Notes under the pieces: model-generated | Told to the model about the DNA's origin: nothing | Database searches by the model: none | What the model saw: only the letters and a program-made list of their open reading frames with translations | Program-made: the position numbers and the translations under genes | Shown: positions 48,972-63,199 of the stretch, piece by piece | How the letters are laid out: each line of letters starts with the position of its first letter | How positions within the stretch are numbered: the first letter of the stretch is position 1 | DNA from: the human T2T-CHM13v2.0 reference genome, Homo sapiens | Assembly (NCBI RefSeq): GCF_009914755.1 | Contig: NC_060938.1 | Direction: 5' to 3' (one strand) | Length of the DNA stretch: 64,000 bases

Positions 48972-51900
48972 TGTTAGGTTTTAGCCCAAGCTGAGGTTTG
49001 AGGGGAGTTGGTGGACAGGTGGCAGGTAGCTGGAAAAACACTTGAGGAATTGTAGGCAGTTGCAACATGACTTTATTTTTGGTGGGGCGTTAGCCATATA
49101 TACAACATTAGCTATATCTTTTACAAACAATAGTGGCTCCAAGCTAAGCACGAGCTATGTGAGTGGTTACCTAATGTGCCTTACATGGAGTGGTTGCATA
49201 ATGTGTGGGGTTGCGCACCTGCGCTCCAAACCGGCTGAGTTATTCTTCACTGGAAGGCCACCTCAGCCTAATCCTGACTAAAGTGCCGCCATCTCCCTTA
49301 CACTCCACCAGTTAGGCCAAGGGCATTTTTTGGGTAATGACACATGCTCATAGAGCAGAGTCCTGAATTTATAACCTCCTAGGATTTTAGCTATGCTACT
49401 TATGACTATTCGGGCCCAGCATAGGCTAGAGCCCAGGAATGTTTACCATTTTTGCGGGGGGTTTGTAGTAAGGCTTTTGACCACCTTAATTTTTCACGGG
49501 ACCCCTTGCAGGGCTGCTGTTATATTTTGCTGATTATTAGGTATAAAAGTACAACATTGTGTTTTTAAGAGGGCACAGGTGCCTTCTTGGGCAGCAGTTA
49601 CTATGTTTAAGGCCATTTGGTTCCAAAAGGTAACACCACCTTTTGATTTAACTTTATTAACAGGATGAAGGCCACTTGCATGTAATTTAGAGCCTGAGCA
49701 GTCTGCTTTGCAAGAGAGGTAACTTGTGCTTTTACACTTATGATGCCCGCTTTAGGAACAATTAATGCCAAGGAGTAGAACCACCAGGGGCTTGTGGCCT
49801 TTGCAAAAACCAAGAGCGTAGTGCTTTTCAGTTATGTGGGTGTTGGGGCAATGTGGGGAGAACAGTAGCAGGTACATAAGGCCACCCCCAGGTACAACGT
49901 TTAGTTCAGTTTGCTGTAGGTAAGGCTATCCTGTATTTTTACAAACCCATAAACTCCCAGGGGGCACAAAGTTTAGTGGGGCCTGATCTTGGCGGGGCCA
50001 CTTGTCTCAACAAACCTTTGGTGTAGTGACACGTGTTATGTTTGCAGAGGCCATGACGGGTACCCATTCCACAGTGGTGTTACCATAATGTTGCTTTGTG
50101 CACTTCAGCACCAGGGCCAGGGGTACTATATGTTCCCCCACTAGCCAGCCCCACCTATTACAAATGCTACGGGCCAGTTAGGGGTTGGGCATGCCGTGGG
50201 CTTTGCAGCTTTCTTTCTTTAAAGCTTGCTGTGTTGTGTTCCAGGTGTTAGCTATGGGACCCCAAGTTTTTAGCCATGTTTAGTTTTTGGCAGACACTGA
50301 ATGTATATGCCAAGGCAAGCCATTTGCAGCTGCTGCAGGAAGGGCAGTGCAGATTTAAGAGTTGGAAACATTGATTATGTTAGCATTAAGTGTGGGCCCA
50401 GTTTACAAGGCAATTGGAGCATGGTAACCTATGGTTGAAATGACAGAGCAGGCACAGGTACTAACAGAGGTAAATTACATTTTTTAGGCAAAATACAGGC
50501 TAACTTTTTATTCCTGGATAAAAATGCAGCCGCCAAGGGCTTCTGCCCTGGGTGATGGTACTACACCTTTTTAGCTCCCCATGGTTTCCTTGGGTTTTGT
50601 ATTTGTCCCAAAGTTACGAGGGAGCTTATAATAGGCCACACAGATAGTACATATGTTTACTGGAGAAGAGTTGTTTCCTGTCTGTTTTTCTACAAACAGT
50701 TGACCGCAGAGGCCATGTACTGAACACTTAAGGAGTGACATGCAAGTTATGCTGTAGGCCCTCCCCACAGGGAGCTTCAGTGGCCAACCACCCGTAACTG
50801 GGGGCTTGGAGGGTTTATGGCCGTAGCCAGGTTGTTTCCCTGCCTTTGGGGGTGCTGCAGCAAGCAACAACAAATTACTGTTTGTTTTTATACCTGGTTG
50901 GAGAAGGTTATTTTTAGTGTGTATTTGCAACTGAATGGGGGGTGGTTGCTTGGTGTAACAATGCCTTTACAGGGCGAGCTGCCTTTCTGTGGCCACTTAT
51001 TTAAGGTTTGGAGCACCAGGTTTAGCCTGGAACTTTAGCCCTGCAAAGAAGGGGGTGTGACATGCAAGTGTAACTTATTTTTTAAGAGCCCTTTATGTTT
51101 TTAAATTATACCCACAGTTTGCGGGTTGTACGGCACATGGAATTCCCACTTTATGTTTATTTGTTGTGCCCAGTGTTGTACCTGTTGTTTAGTAAAATGT
51201 GTTTTCCTGTTACTTTTAACAGCCAGGGGGAACCATACAGGGCACATAAGTGTTGAAGGGCTGGGATGGTGTGCTGTTGGTCAGCCACCCTACAAGGGTA
51301 GGTGAACAACAGGCCTGTGACCGTGTTTACCGCTGTTAGCGCATGCTTATACCTTTGAGACGTTGGCAGTAGCCCGATGTAGTTTGCTTGCCACCTGGTT
51401 AAGGGCACTTGCTGTATTGTTACTTGTGTAACACTGGGCAGCTGCCTCCATTTAGGGTATGCCTGAGCACAAGCCGGGCATTTTTGGCAAGCCTCCCAAA
51501 TATTTCGCGTGGGCAGGGACAGACCCCAACACTTATTGACTTGTGGTGTTAGTTTACCCCCTGCATGTTCCAGTTTTTGGTGTAGCCACAAGGCCACATT
51601 TTGTGTAGATGCTGACTTCAGCCACTGGACCTTAGTCAAGGCATCTGCCTTATTATTGCCAGGGGTGGCCAAAAGCACATGGCTTGACAAATGATAAATA
51701 GTTACACTTTTTTGATAACCCATTTTTCAGAGGTTTTGCCACATGGCTTGGCCCCAAATGGATTGGTGGCTGACTAGCCAATTTTGTATTTTTAAAGTAG
51801 TTAACCATAAGGTAGACCTTGATAGACTCCCCAGCTATTGGTACAGATTACCATAGGTGGTTTTTTTTTTTTTTTTTTTTTTTTGGTGATTACTATTTAC

Positions 51901-52181
51901 ACTGCTTTAAGTTTAGCCCATTGGCTACTTTGTTTACACCTGGCTTCAAACCACATGGTGTTGGTACTAGGTTGGACTGCAACAGCAGTTTAAGCAGCAG
52001 TAGCACCTTGGCTAGACCCATTTGTGTATCATGCCCCATTGGGAATCGGCGGATGCCCTTCCTTAAATACTGAAGGCTTGGCGTTTAAGGGTGCTTTAGG
52101 CTGACCCCTGGCCTTTTTTGTGTGTTAGAACTACAGGTTTGAAGACTTTTTGCAATGTTGCTGCTACGGGGCTTGTACTTA
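48972..52181 (-). mobile_element. 5'-truncated HERV-S/HERVL18 provirus: RNase H-integrase (~50600-52181), env remnant (~49330-50550), 3' LTR18 (48972-49302)
   Basis: LTR begins tgtaagggagatggcggcactttagtcagg on the minus strand. ORF 51157-51723 has the integrase zinc finger (H..H..CQKC) and core. TM immunosuppressive domain and CX6CC at 49502-49622. Confidence 0.9.
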
Positions 52182-52204
52182 GAAGTTCAGCTTCTACCTT
52201 CATC

Positions 52205-52425
52205 ACTATACTGAGAGCGTAGTGGTTAGGACTACCTGGGTTGGAATCACGGTGCAGCCAGCTTACACCTGTAATGCTTTGCACAATGCTGTTCACCTCC
52301 ATGTACTCAGTCTCCTCGTCGGTAAAGTGGAGATCATAATTATACATGCTTGCTGGGATTACTGTGGAAGTGAAATGAGTCAGCGTATATTCAGTATTTG
52401 GAACTTGCCTGGTACATAGTCAGTA
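52205..52425 (+). mobile_element. MIR
   Basis: gtggttaggact...ctgggttggaatc, ctcagtctcctcgtcggtaaagtgg core, cctggtacatagt end. Confidence 0.75.
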
Positions 52426-52894
52426 TATATACAGCATTCGGAACTTTCTCATACATGTCAGATAACATTGTTTCTAAAGTGTCTAGTGACTAATTTTCAG
52501 TTCTTACATTACTGAACTTTTCTGAGACATCTGCAACTTTAAATCAGTCCCTTCCTTGGAATTTATTCTCCCCTTTTATGTTTATGAGACCTTTTGTTCC
52601 TGATCGCCCCTTCTTCTCTAATCTCGCTAAGTCTTCTTAGCTGTCTCCTTGATTTCTACTGGCAGTGTTTCCTTGGATACTTTTTTCAGACCTCCTTTAT
52701 TCTTACTAAATATCTTCTCTCCGAATGACAGCTTCCATTTTCATGGCTGCTACCTGTATACCAATGACTTTAAACTGCTTTCTTCATCCCTGAACTTTCT
52801 TGAGCTCCGGATCTTAAATGTTGACAACCCTGATGTCTTAGCAGTTTGGGGTCTACTCAAAGCCCAGTTATCATTGATGAGGTCTATAAAACAT

Positions 52895-53865
52895 TTATAG
52901 AAGAATTAATGCCAATTCTAGAGAAACTCTTACATATAATCAATGAGAAAGGAATATTCCAAAATCACTCTCGAAGAGGCCAGTATAACCCTGATGCGAA
53001 AACCTAACAAAAACATTAAAGTGTTAGAGTGTTTGAGAAAAGTGAAAATTACCTTTCTGATAAAGACTATGTGAAGATCTCTCGAAACTAAGCAATAGGA
53101 AAATTAACAACTCAATAAAAATGAATGAAGGATTTGAACACATATTTCATGCACATGGAAGAGGCCCAACGTCATTAATTATTAGGGAATTGCAATTTAA
53201 AACCACCATTAGATGCCACTACATACCTACTAGAGTGGCTGAATTTTTAAAATCATACTGATCATACTAAGTATTGGCAAGGATAAGGAAGAACAGGGAC
53301 CCTCATACATTGCTAATGGAATGTAAAATAGTTGTACCATTTTGGAAAGCCTTTGAGTAGTACATACTCCTACAAGGTAATCCAGCCATTCCACTTTTAA
53401 GTATTTACCCAAAAGAAATCAAATCATATAGTTATACCTGTTACTTGCACTTAAATGTTATAGCAGCTTTATTTGTAGTAGCCCAAAACTGGAAACATCA
53501 CAAACGCCTATTAATAAATAAACAAATTGTGTATTCATACAATGGAATACACAAAACAATAAGGATGATGCATCTCCAAATAATTATGCTGTGTGAAAGA
53601 AGCCATACCCACTGATTCCATTCTTATAAAATTCCGGAAAATGTAAACAAATCTATAGTGGCAGGCAGCAGATCTGTGGTTGCCTTGAGACAGAAAAATA
53701 GGAAGGAAGGATTACAAAAGGATGTAAGAGGAAACTTTTGGGGATGACAGATGTGTTCATGCTATGTTCGTGTCTTGATTGCGGTGGTGGTTTTACAGGT
53801 GTATTTATAATATGGGTAGTTTATTGTATGTCAATTATACCTAAGGAAATCTGCTAAAAATAGAT
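52895..53865 (+). mobile_element. Old L1 (L1MC/ME) fragments
   Basis: ggccagtataaccctgat, ttaaaaccaccattagatgccact and 3'UTR motifs. Confidence 0.75.
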
Positions 53866-54223
53866 TTAACAAGAGAGACAATAGCTTAGAGATTATTTTA
53901 AAAAAGATTCTTTTAAAGGGTTTTAAGTGACTGAAGATGAATTCCTGAAATGGAGGTAATTTTGTCGAATAAATATATAAATATAAATGCTTACTCTTTA
54001 TTATAGAATGTATATAATATATGTATTTTTATTACATTGCCAGCTCATGAACAGCAAACTCAGTTATGACAATAATTAAATTCTCATCATTGATATATTC
54101 CTTTCAGTCATACAAAAATTATAGCTTTACACATTTTTTAAATGTTGTAAATGAAAGTATATTTGTCAAGTAGAAGGTCATAATATATTTTATTTAACAG
54201 CCCCAAATCATAAAACTTTTCAG

Positions 54224-54643
54224 TTGGCAATATGCCAGAAAGACTTGCGAAACTGTTTGAGGTCAAGGGTCACGGTGTATTTCAGTTGTGCCTATCAGAT
54301 AGATCGAGCCATGGCGAGAGTCACACTGTAATCCCATTATGCCATAGCTACACCTTCTTGTCGGATGCTCCCAGGGATTTATATGCATAAAGGACAAGGC
54401 CAGGTAAATGTATACTCTTTGTTACCATGAGAGTTTTTCTCCAAACTCAAGTCTTCTAGCAAGATGTGCATCACCCACTGTCTTTTTTTTTTTTTTTTTT
54501 TTTTTTCCTAGGCAAGAAACAGGCTATATTGGACATCCTTTACATCTAATGTTGCATCCTCTTGGCCCACTTCTTGGTCCCAGAACTGTTGTTACAACAA
54601 ACTGTAGGAAGATGCAGCCTGGGAGCACCCCGTTTTAGACTTA
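54224..54643 (+). pseudogene. Candidate exon pair 54224-54403 (180 nt; alternative acceptor at 54200) and 54512-54643 (132 nt) with a 108-nt intron
   Basis: CAG|gtaaat ... T24-cctag|GCA ... TTA|gtaaga. Both phase 0-0 with one stop each (TAA, TAG). Locally CpG-enriched. Confidence 0.55.
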
Positions 54644-54751
54644 GTAAGACTCTCTTGTTTTGTGCTAGACTTCTGTCAGCATGTGGGATGGCTTTAGAAG
54701 CTGTCTGATCCATTCTGGTGTACTAAAACAAACCATTGATAAATGGGAGGT

Positions 54752-55158
54752 ACTATGGTTTTTGTGCCCACAAAGTCCATGTGTTGGAAACATAATCTAT
54801 TGCAATAGTGTTGAGAGATAGGACCTTTAAGAAATGATTAGGTCATGAGGGGTCTGCCCTTATGAATGGATTAATGCCATTATCACTGGAGTGGGTTAGT
54901 TATCCAGGAGTGGCTTCCTGATAGAACAGTGAATTCGGCCCACTTTCCTGTTGCGTGCACTCACTCTCTCTTTCTCTTTCTCTTGCCCACTCTTTGCCCT
55001 ACAGCCATGGGATGATGCAGCAGGAAGGCCCTTATCAGATGCTGGCCCCTCACTCTTGAGATTCTCAGCCTCCAGAGCTGTAAGTGAATAAATTTTGTTC
55101 ACTTTAAATTACCTAGTCTCAGATATTCTGTTATATCAGCACAAAACAGACTAAGACA
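54752..55158 (+). mobile_element. MaLR solo LTR (MSTB/MLT1A-like)
   Basis: tactatggtt...gccctcatgaatggattaatgcc-like core...cagactaagaca. Confidence 0.85.
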
Positions 55159-55517
55159 GGACAGGAATTTGAGAATAAATACTCCCACCTTGTCTATTCA
55201 GCAGATAATTCTAATGCACATCCTACACAGTTCTTATCCCACCTGCCCCATGGTGAAGAGAGAGAAAATCCCATAAGAAACTAGACCTCAAGAAAGACAC
55301 ACCTAGGTAGAGTCAGGAAGTTAGATGAGGGAGAAGAGGAGTCTGGCATTCTCTCTAGGCTGTGCCAGCATTTATGTATCTTTGTATCCCTCTAATATTT
55401 AGCTAGTGTAGCTGTTTAATAAATGTTTTGAAAAAAAATTAATATAGGGAGTACAGTAGGGTAAAAATAAAGGAAGTGTATTTCTAGAATATATTTAATT
55501 ATAAATTATTATAGAAG

Positions 55518-55680
55518 TAGGTGTGATGGCACATGCTTGTAGTCCCAGCTACTCAGGAGGCTGAGGCAGGAGGATCACTTGAGGCCAGGAGTTTGGGCTG
55601 CAGTGCACTGTGATCATGCCTATGAACCACTGCACTCAAGCCTAGGCAACAAAGCAAAACCCTATGTCTAGAAAAGAAAC
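55518..55680 (+). mobile_element. AluJ/FRAM monomer
   Basis: tgtagtcccagctactcaggaggctgaggcaggaggatcacttgag...cactgcactc. Confidence 0.85.
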
Positions 55681-56564
55681 AATTATTAATGAACAGCCAA
55701 TATATTAGCTGTCAAGAAGAATTTGCTAAAAAATTTTTCATTTAAAATTCAGAGACTAGAGAAACACCATGTGTAGTATTTGGCTTCTAATCAGAATTTT
55801 ATTGAAATAAGCCTATTATTTCTTCTATAATGAAAATTTTTATTTACATCTTCTCTCTGCAAACAAAATGTTAGCAAGGGTTAGCAAGAATTGATTGGAA
55901 GCAAGAGAAGGATAACAGGAGGGAACTTGAATAAATGCTGGCAAAGACTCCCCTCCTGCTGACTTTACTATTTTCAAAAAGCAAATGAAGAAGTATGGAA
56001 GTTATTTAGTGGAATGTTTAATAGTTTTTAAGGAGCTTAGTTTCAGTGTAAAAACATTGACAAGAGCTATTGACATTAATTTATGTGAATAGATGAAAAC
56101 ATAGTGAAACTTCTATTCAGGAATATTATAAACAATAAGTTTTATAAATATTTATTGCAAAATCTACCAAATTATAACTCTTTACAGTGCATTGTTCACT
56201 TAAATTTTACTGTCATAAAGTCACAGCACAGTCAGAGTCTGGAGTGCCTGGTATAAATGTTTAGTGAATGAATTATAATCAGAGGAGGTCTCCCCACCAT
56301 GCTGACTCTCTCTAATACCATCAGGGCTTTCCCTTTGATATTGCCATAGCTGGGGGTAGTCTAGGAGGTCCCTAAAGGAGCACCCTCCCTAGGAAGACCC
56401 CATTTTCCCATAGGAGAAGGACCTTACTAGTGTTCTATTAATAAGAGGAAAGTGTTCACATTTGCATTAAATTGAATGCTCAACAAAGTCTTGGACAGAG
56501 TAGGTATCCTGAGGAGGTAGGTAGGGGCCTTGGAAGGGATCAGGTACATCTGCATCTATTTTAG

Positions 56565-56971
<407 letters not shown>

Positions 56972-57415
56972 TAAAATTTGTATTTATTTTTGCAATAACA
57001 ATTTTAGTTTTCCCCAGGATAATGGAGATGACACCGTCAACTAAAGAACAAGTTAGGAAGTTCAGGAAAGAAAGAAAACCACAAAGAAAAAAATGAATAA
57101 GTTAGTGTTGGAAGACGCTCTTAAGTAGTTGTTCCCAGTTACTGGTCAGTGGGCCAATATAGAAAAGTGATAAAATTTTCACTTAACCATTGATTAGTGA
57201 GAGAGAGAGAGAGAAATAAAGGGAGAGCAACAAAAAGAGGAGTCGCATAATTTGCAAGGTTTCTTTTTGAAGTAATCAAAATGTTCTAAAATTATATCCT
57301 GGTCATTTTTGCACAAGTCTGTAAATATACTAACTACCATTGTATTGCACACCTAACAGGTGAGTTTTACAGTATGCAAATTATAGCTCAAAGATGTTTC
57401 TTAAAAGTTAAACAA

Positions 57416-57723
57416 CTGGGCGCGGTAGCTCACACCTGTAATCCTAGCACTTTGAGAGGCCGAGGCAGGTGGATCACCTGGAGCTCGAGACCAGCATGGA
57501 CAACATGGTGAAACCCTGTCTATACTAAAAATACAAAAAAAAAAAAAAAAAAGACATAGCTGGGCATGATGGTGGGCACCTGTAATCCCAGCTACTCAGG
57601 AGACTGAAGCAGGAGAATCACTTGAACCTGGGAGATGGAGTTTGCAATGAGCCTAGACTGCACCACTGCACTCCAGCCTGGGCAACAACAGCAAAAACTC
57701 CGTCTCAAAAAAAAAAAAAAAAA
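57416..57723 (+). mobile_element. AluS
   Basis: Dimer with expanded middle A-tract. TSD-like aaaagttaaa. Confidence 0.92.
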
Positions 57724-58284
57724 GTTAAAACAAAAAGGAACAAACATAGAATATGATAAATTGAAGTTTGCTGAGCACTGGCAAAGTATAGAAATGTGTT
57801 TTTTTTATGTCTGGAGAAAGGAATGGATATTGAAGAGTTAAATAAGAATCTTTGTTGCTGCCCACTTGTACCAGCTATTTTCTTTGTGGGAATGCTCTTC
57901 CCATTCCTCCACCCACTCCCACCCCCATATTAACAAGGCTAGCTTCTCTCTATCAGTCGTAACTCAGGTTCAATATCATCTTTTCATTAAAGTATTTTCT
58001 GAATGCTTAATCTAGAATAGCCACCCATTTACTCTCTGTAACTTACCATATTTTAATACTTGCATTGCAGTTATCATGATCTGATGTGTTTATGATTAAA
58101 AATAAATATATACATATTTATTTTGAAAATTGAAACCATATATAACAAAATAAGTTACTGTCTATGTAAATATGACTTCACTATTCTACTGTCTCTATTA
58201 ACAAGACTTTATTATTCCTCCATCTTCATCAATATGATTTACTTTTCCTGGAAACTCTTACCCAAATGGACAAAAGATGCAAAC

Positions 58285-60207
58285 AATTTTTCAAAAGAAG
58301 TTTCATTGAGATGTAATTAACATACCATAAAACTCACCCATGTTGGATATAGAAGGCAATAATAGTTATTACAATTAAGTATTTGTGCAAAAATTGCCAC
58401 AGTATAATTTTAGAACATTTTGATCACCCCACAAAAAAATTTTGTGCCCATTTGCAGTCAATTCCCATCTCTCTCTAACAATGTGAGGCAACCATCAATC
58501 TCTTTTGGTCTCCATAGATTAGCCTATTCTAGACATTTCATATATGCAGAATCAGACAATATGTGATCTTTTGTGTCTTCTTTCACTGAATATACTGTTT
58601 TAGAGATTCATCCATGTTGAAGCATGTATCAGCACTTCATGACTTTTCATTGTTAAATAGTATTCCACTTTATAGATATACTAAATTTTGTTTATCCATT
58701 TATCAGTCGATGAACATTTGGGTTGTTTTCACTTTGAGATTATTATGACTAATGCTACTATGAACATTTGTGCACAAGTCTCTGTGTGAAGACACACTCT
58801 CATTTCTCTTGGGTAGATTCCTTGGATGGTTGGGTCATGTGGTAACTCCTATGTTTAACACTTGAAGAAACTACCACACTGTTTCCCAACAAGTCTGAAC
58901 CATTTTTACATTCCCAGTAGTTGATACATGAGGGTCCTCATTTCTCCACATCTTCATCAACACTTGCTATTTTCTGGATTTAAAAATATACATCTATTGG
59001 TTATATGTCTTATGGGATCTCTTGTGGTTCTGATTTGCATTTTCCTACTGCCTAATGACATTGAGCATCCTTTCATGTGCTGACTGACAATCTGTGTATC
59101 TTCTTTGGATAAATGTCCATGTAAACCCCTTGTCTATTTTTAAATTGAATCATTTGTCTTTTTCTTGTTGAGTTGTGAAGGATAGCAAAATTTGCCACCC
59201 CAAATTACACCATTTTGGCATAAAGATTATTTTGAGCTAAAGGCGATTGAGAAGAAACAGATACAAGGAAAGCTCTCTGCTCTTCCCCTAGTTACCGAAA
59301 AGCAGGACATAAATTTGTAATTTCCTCTGCCAAGAAATACAGAAGTGAATTGCTAGAACAAACTCTAGACCTTTATCTGCTTAGGGATGTCACCAATGGA
59401 ATCTGCCTAACAAACCTTGCTAAAACTAGCCCTTATCTACCACTAGTTTCCCCATATATTTGCCTTCCCACAACTTGCCACCCCAGAAGCTGAAAGTCCT
59501 TTTGCTTTGTTTTGTCACTTCTCTAAAAATGTATGTTTCTTTCATTAAGATGCTATGTAAGCCCAAGTTCTAACCACCCCTTTGAGTTACTCATCTTTAA
59601 ATGCTCCCACGTGTATGTGCAATGCACATATTAATAAACTCCTGTTTGTTTCTCTCTTGTTAATCTCTTTTGTCCATTTAATTTACAGGGCACCGCCAGA
59701 GAAGGGCAGAGGGAAAAAGACTTTCTTCCCCTAAAGTTGTAAGTTCTCAATATATTCCAGATACAAGTCCCTTATCAAATTATGTGATTTGGAAATATTT
59801 TCTTCCAGCCTCTAGGTTTGTCTTTTGCCTTTCCTGATCATGTCATTTGAAGCATGAATGTTTCTAATATTGATGAAGTCTAATTTACCAAATGTTTCTT
59901 TTATCACTATGATTTAGTATTGAATCTAAGAAATCATTACCTAACCCTGGGTCACAATTTACTCCTATGTTTACTTCTAAGAGCATTAAAATTTTAGCTC
60001 CTGTATTTAGGTCTATGATCCATTTTGAGTTAACTTTTGTGTGTGGTGTATGATACGAGTCCAAATTTTTGTGTGTAGTGTATGGTAGGCATCCAAATTA
60101 CTTTAGCAAGTGGATAGCCAATTGTTCTAGCACCAATTATTTAAATGACTCTTTTTTCCTCCATTGAATTGTCTTTGCACCTTTGTCAAAAGTCAATTGC
60201 CCATAAC
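58285..60207 (-). mobile_element. L1MB-like 3' portion, antisense
   Basis: Antisense 3'UTR and ORF2 motifs (tttgcattttcct, ttaggtctatgatccattttgagttaa). Confidence 0.88.
59176..59735 (+). mobile_element. ERV1 solo LTR (MER34 group) inserted in L1
   Basis: tgaagg...ttcttcccctaaa, TSD GTTG (59172-59175 / 59736-59739), AATAAA ~59633. Confidence 0.8.
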
Positions 60208-61645
<1,438 letters not shown>

Positions 61646-61747
61646 AGCTGGGCGCGGTGGCACATGCCTGTAATCCCAGCTACTCAAGATGCTGAGGAGG
61701 AAGGATCATTCTTTTTTTTTTTTTTTGGAGGGGGGGAGGATTTAAAG

Positions 61748-61930
61748 ATAGTAAACTTTATTTCTTAACATATGATCCGTCAAGTTTGAGACACATTTGC
61801 AAGCAATGATACTAGCCTTTTAGTCCATCCCTAAAGAACAGAGGATCCTGGAAATGTAACCATATCAATGCAGACCCTTTTACGTTATTAAATGAAGTAA
61901 AATGGGTACCCTTGAGTGATTTTTTTTTTA
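61748..61930 (-). mobile_element. HSMAR2 mariner transposase C-terminal fragment
   Basis: Minus strand translates SLKGTHFTSFNNVKGSALIWLHFQDPLFFRDGLKG*YHCLQMCLKLDGSYVKK*. Confidence 0.85.
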
Positions 61931-61944
61931 ATTTTTACAATCTT

Positions 61945-62097
61945 TCTTTAGAGATGGGGTCTTATTCTGTTGCCCAGACTAGAATGCTGTGGTGCCACCA
62001 TAGCTCACTGCAGCTTCCAATTCCTTGGCTCAAGCAATCCTCCTGCCTTAGCCCTCAGAGTAGCTAGGACTACAGGTGTGTGCTACCATGCCCAGTT
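61945..62097 (-). mobile_element. AluJ/FRAM monomer
   Basis: gagatggggtctt...caagcaatcctcctgccttagcc...ccatgcccag. Confidence 0.85.
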
Positions 62098-62387
62098 ACA
62101 AACCTCTTTTTATATAGACATATTATAAGCATCTTTTCATGTCAATATAGATCTGCCTCATTCTATAATTGTATGAATGTATCATAATGTTATAATTTCT
62201 CTACTAATAATACATTGAATATACATACCTTTATTAATATGCATTTCTATTACCATCTTTACTTAACGGTCCATTATTCACTAAATCAGAGCTTCCTTCT
62301 AGTATGCCTGACTTTTGCATCTCATTCATCCCAGTCATGCTTTTATTATATAACAGGGCACACAGTAGACACGAAAGATATTCTGTA

Positions 62388-62825
62388 AACTGGAGGGGAT
62401 ACAGGACATTTTTGAGAAGGTACAAAGTCCTCAGATGGGCTTAGAAAATTCACTGTGTAATCCATACATTATTCTACTCAATTTGCACATCTTTGGGTTG
62501 ATGTATATACTGCTACGGTGTCCTCGCCATCACCTAAATGTGACTCAGTCTGTTCTACTGTAATTATCTTGTGAATTTCCTTGTCCTGTACTTTTATTGT
62601 TGGTCTTCTTGCATTGATGATACAACAGCAACAACATTTTTAATTATTGTCAAAAGATTAACTTGCAATGTACAGAGTTTACTCAAAATTTTCTTCTTTA
62701 AGGAAAAACACTGCAAAAAGTCAAGAGGATACCAAATTGAAACACACAATGGTGCCTCTGAGTCAATATGAAATCATGATGAAGTAGAAATAAAGCCTTT
62801 CCGAGATCGCAAATTAAAAAAAAAA
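62388..62825 (+). pseudogene. 5'-truncated retrocopy of an mRNA 3'UTR (parent uncertain)
   Basis: Non-repetitive UTR-like sequence ending AATAAA (~62789), about 20 nt, then A10 (62816-62825). Confidence 0.6.
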
Positions 62826-63199
62826 TGATGCAAATAGAAAATATCCTTCACTTTTAAGGCGTAGTCCTAACTTCAGGTTTTCTGTCCTGTATTTCCCATA
62901 ATTACTACACATGCCTCATGCTCTAATTTTTTAGTTACAGTTGAAATAAGGTTTAAACTCCAATTAGGCTTTTTTCCTTGCCAAATTGTATTATATATAT
63001 TTTAAATACTACTTCTACCAAATGTTTTAACTTACTTTCTTCCAAGGATATTTGCTTTTTGACATTTTACGGAAGGCTATTAGAGGATCAGCCTCCTATT
63101 CCCTATGTTTGCCCACATAAATGCACGTGGGCTGTGGGGGTAGAGCATGGAACAGGCAAGCGCCTGTAATTGTGACTATTTCTGTAGAAGAGGAGGGCC

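Noticed and set aside
51157-51723. 188-aa integrase ORF as a domesticated gene
   Set aside because: Catalytic D is mutated to N, there is a frameshift before the second D, and the rest of pol is disrupted.
62480-62700. Minus-strand KCCCCC GPCR-tail-like peptide
   Set aside because: Several stops upstream. The region is better explained as a + strand 3'UTR retrocopy.
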